Shown here piece by piece: positions 63,201 to 64,000 of a stretch of 64,000 nucleotides of DNA. The first letter of the stretch is position 1; each line of letters starts with the position of its first letter. Position numbers and translations under genes: made by a program. The notes under the pieces were generated by a model. The model did no database searches and was not told the DNA's origin. It worked only from the letters and a program-made list of their open reading frames with translations. Origin of the DNA: Mobula hypostoma (taxonomy: Eukaryota); assembly GCF_963921235.1 (NCBI RefSeq), contig NC_086109.1:25918001-25982000 (forward strand). The letters run 5' to 3'.

Positions 63201-64000
63201 GATATATTTTGTGGTAATGGATATTTGGAGTGGGGTATTACTTTATTCACTGGAGTTAAAATTGACTCATTCAGGTTCTCATCAGAATCATGGTCATAAT
63301 TGACCAGGAAGAAAGAAATCATACTGGTAGCACAACAACTGATAGTCACCATACGTCTACTTCTGGATTTTATGTGCTCCACTGGACAGCTAATGGCTTG
63401 GCAGATTGAATTTGAGGTCTGAGTCTAACAATGATAAAGGAAGACAGATTTGATAACACTGATATCATGGTAGATTTAATGATTAGTGTAGGCAAGTCAA
63501 TCCACAGAGAGCAAGCAAAGAACCTAGGTCCATGAGAAAATTAAAAAATAGAGAAATGTTAAACTTGTGTGAACCTTGGTACATTATAATCTGCTGTAGT
63601 TTCTATGTTATGTTAAAATGACAAATGACTAGATTTTACCAGAAATGATATGAAAATCAAGAGGTCAAGCTGTCAGAAAAGCTTGGAGTTCTAGAAAGGA
63701 CTAGTTTGATAGGCTAATCACAAGGAGAATACTTCACTTCCAGTGAAGACTAGAGCTGTGATCTTTAACTAAGATATTAAATGCAATGAGGACTTCAGGA
63801 AAAATCTTATTTTCCTTGTGAAAGGTTAGAATGTGTGGCTTGTTTCCACAGGGAATAGCAGAGTTGGGTGGATATCTGGAGAAACACCAGGAGCAGAGAG
63901 GAACGGAAGGAAACATTAACGAGGGTAGATGAGGTTAGTTGAGAAATATTCAAGTGGAGCATTAAAAACTGATACTGTTACTTATTACTATGCAATGCTG

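Noticed and set aside
49700..64000. LHFPL5 exon 2 (expected ..GC..YPDGWD..)
   Set aside because: Not found by eye or in the ORF track; probably beyond the window

Overview
Repeat-dense, AT-rich vertebrate genomic DNA. The repeat mix (CR1, Rex1, tRNA-SINEs) suggests a cartilaginous fish; this is inference only. The one clearly intact host coding feature is the first coding exon of an LHFPL tetraspan gene, most like LHFPL5/TMHS (49285-49699, +). It has a CpG-bearing promoter with an RFX X-box, and the rest of the window downstream is intron 1. Most of the window is deeply nested mobile DNA: CR1, Rex1/Babar, L1, RTE, an RLE-type LINE fragment, a solo LTR, and Tc1, Tigger and hAT elements. The most striking system is a young Penelope-like (GIY-YIG) retroelement family. 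Its 3' repeat carries a 36-nt minimal hammerhead-ribozyme motif, and it inserts as asymmetric fold-back (inverted) structures with ~14-bp target-site duplications, in sizes from 2 kb down to ~150 bp, with older decayed hairpin relatives. One perfect 123-bp-arm hairpin sits in frame inside a CR1 RT ORF. I also see a probable heavily decayed, TE-shattered Toll-like-receptor-like pseudogene (~15.6-24.9 kb, -) and a twin-primed L1 nested in another L1. No database searches or folding programs were run.
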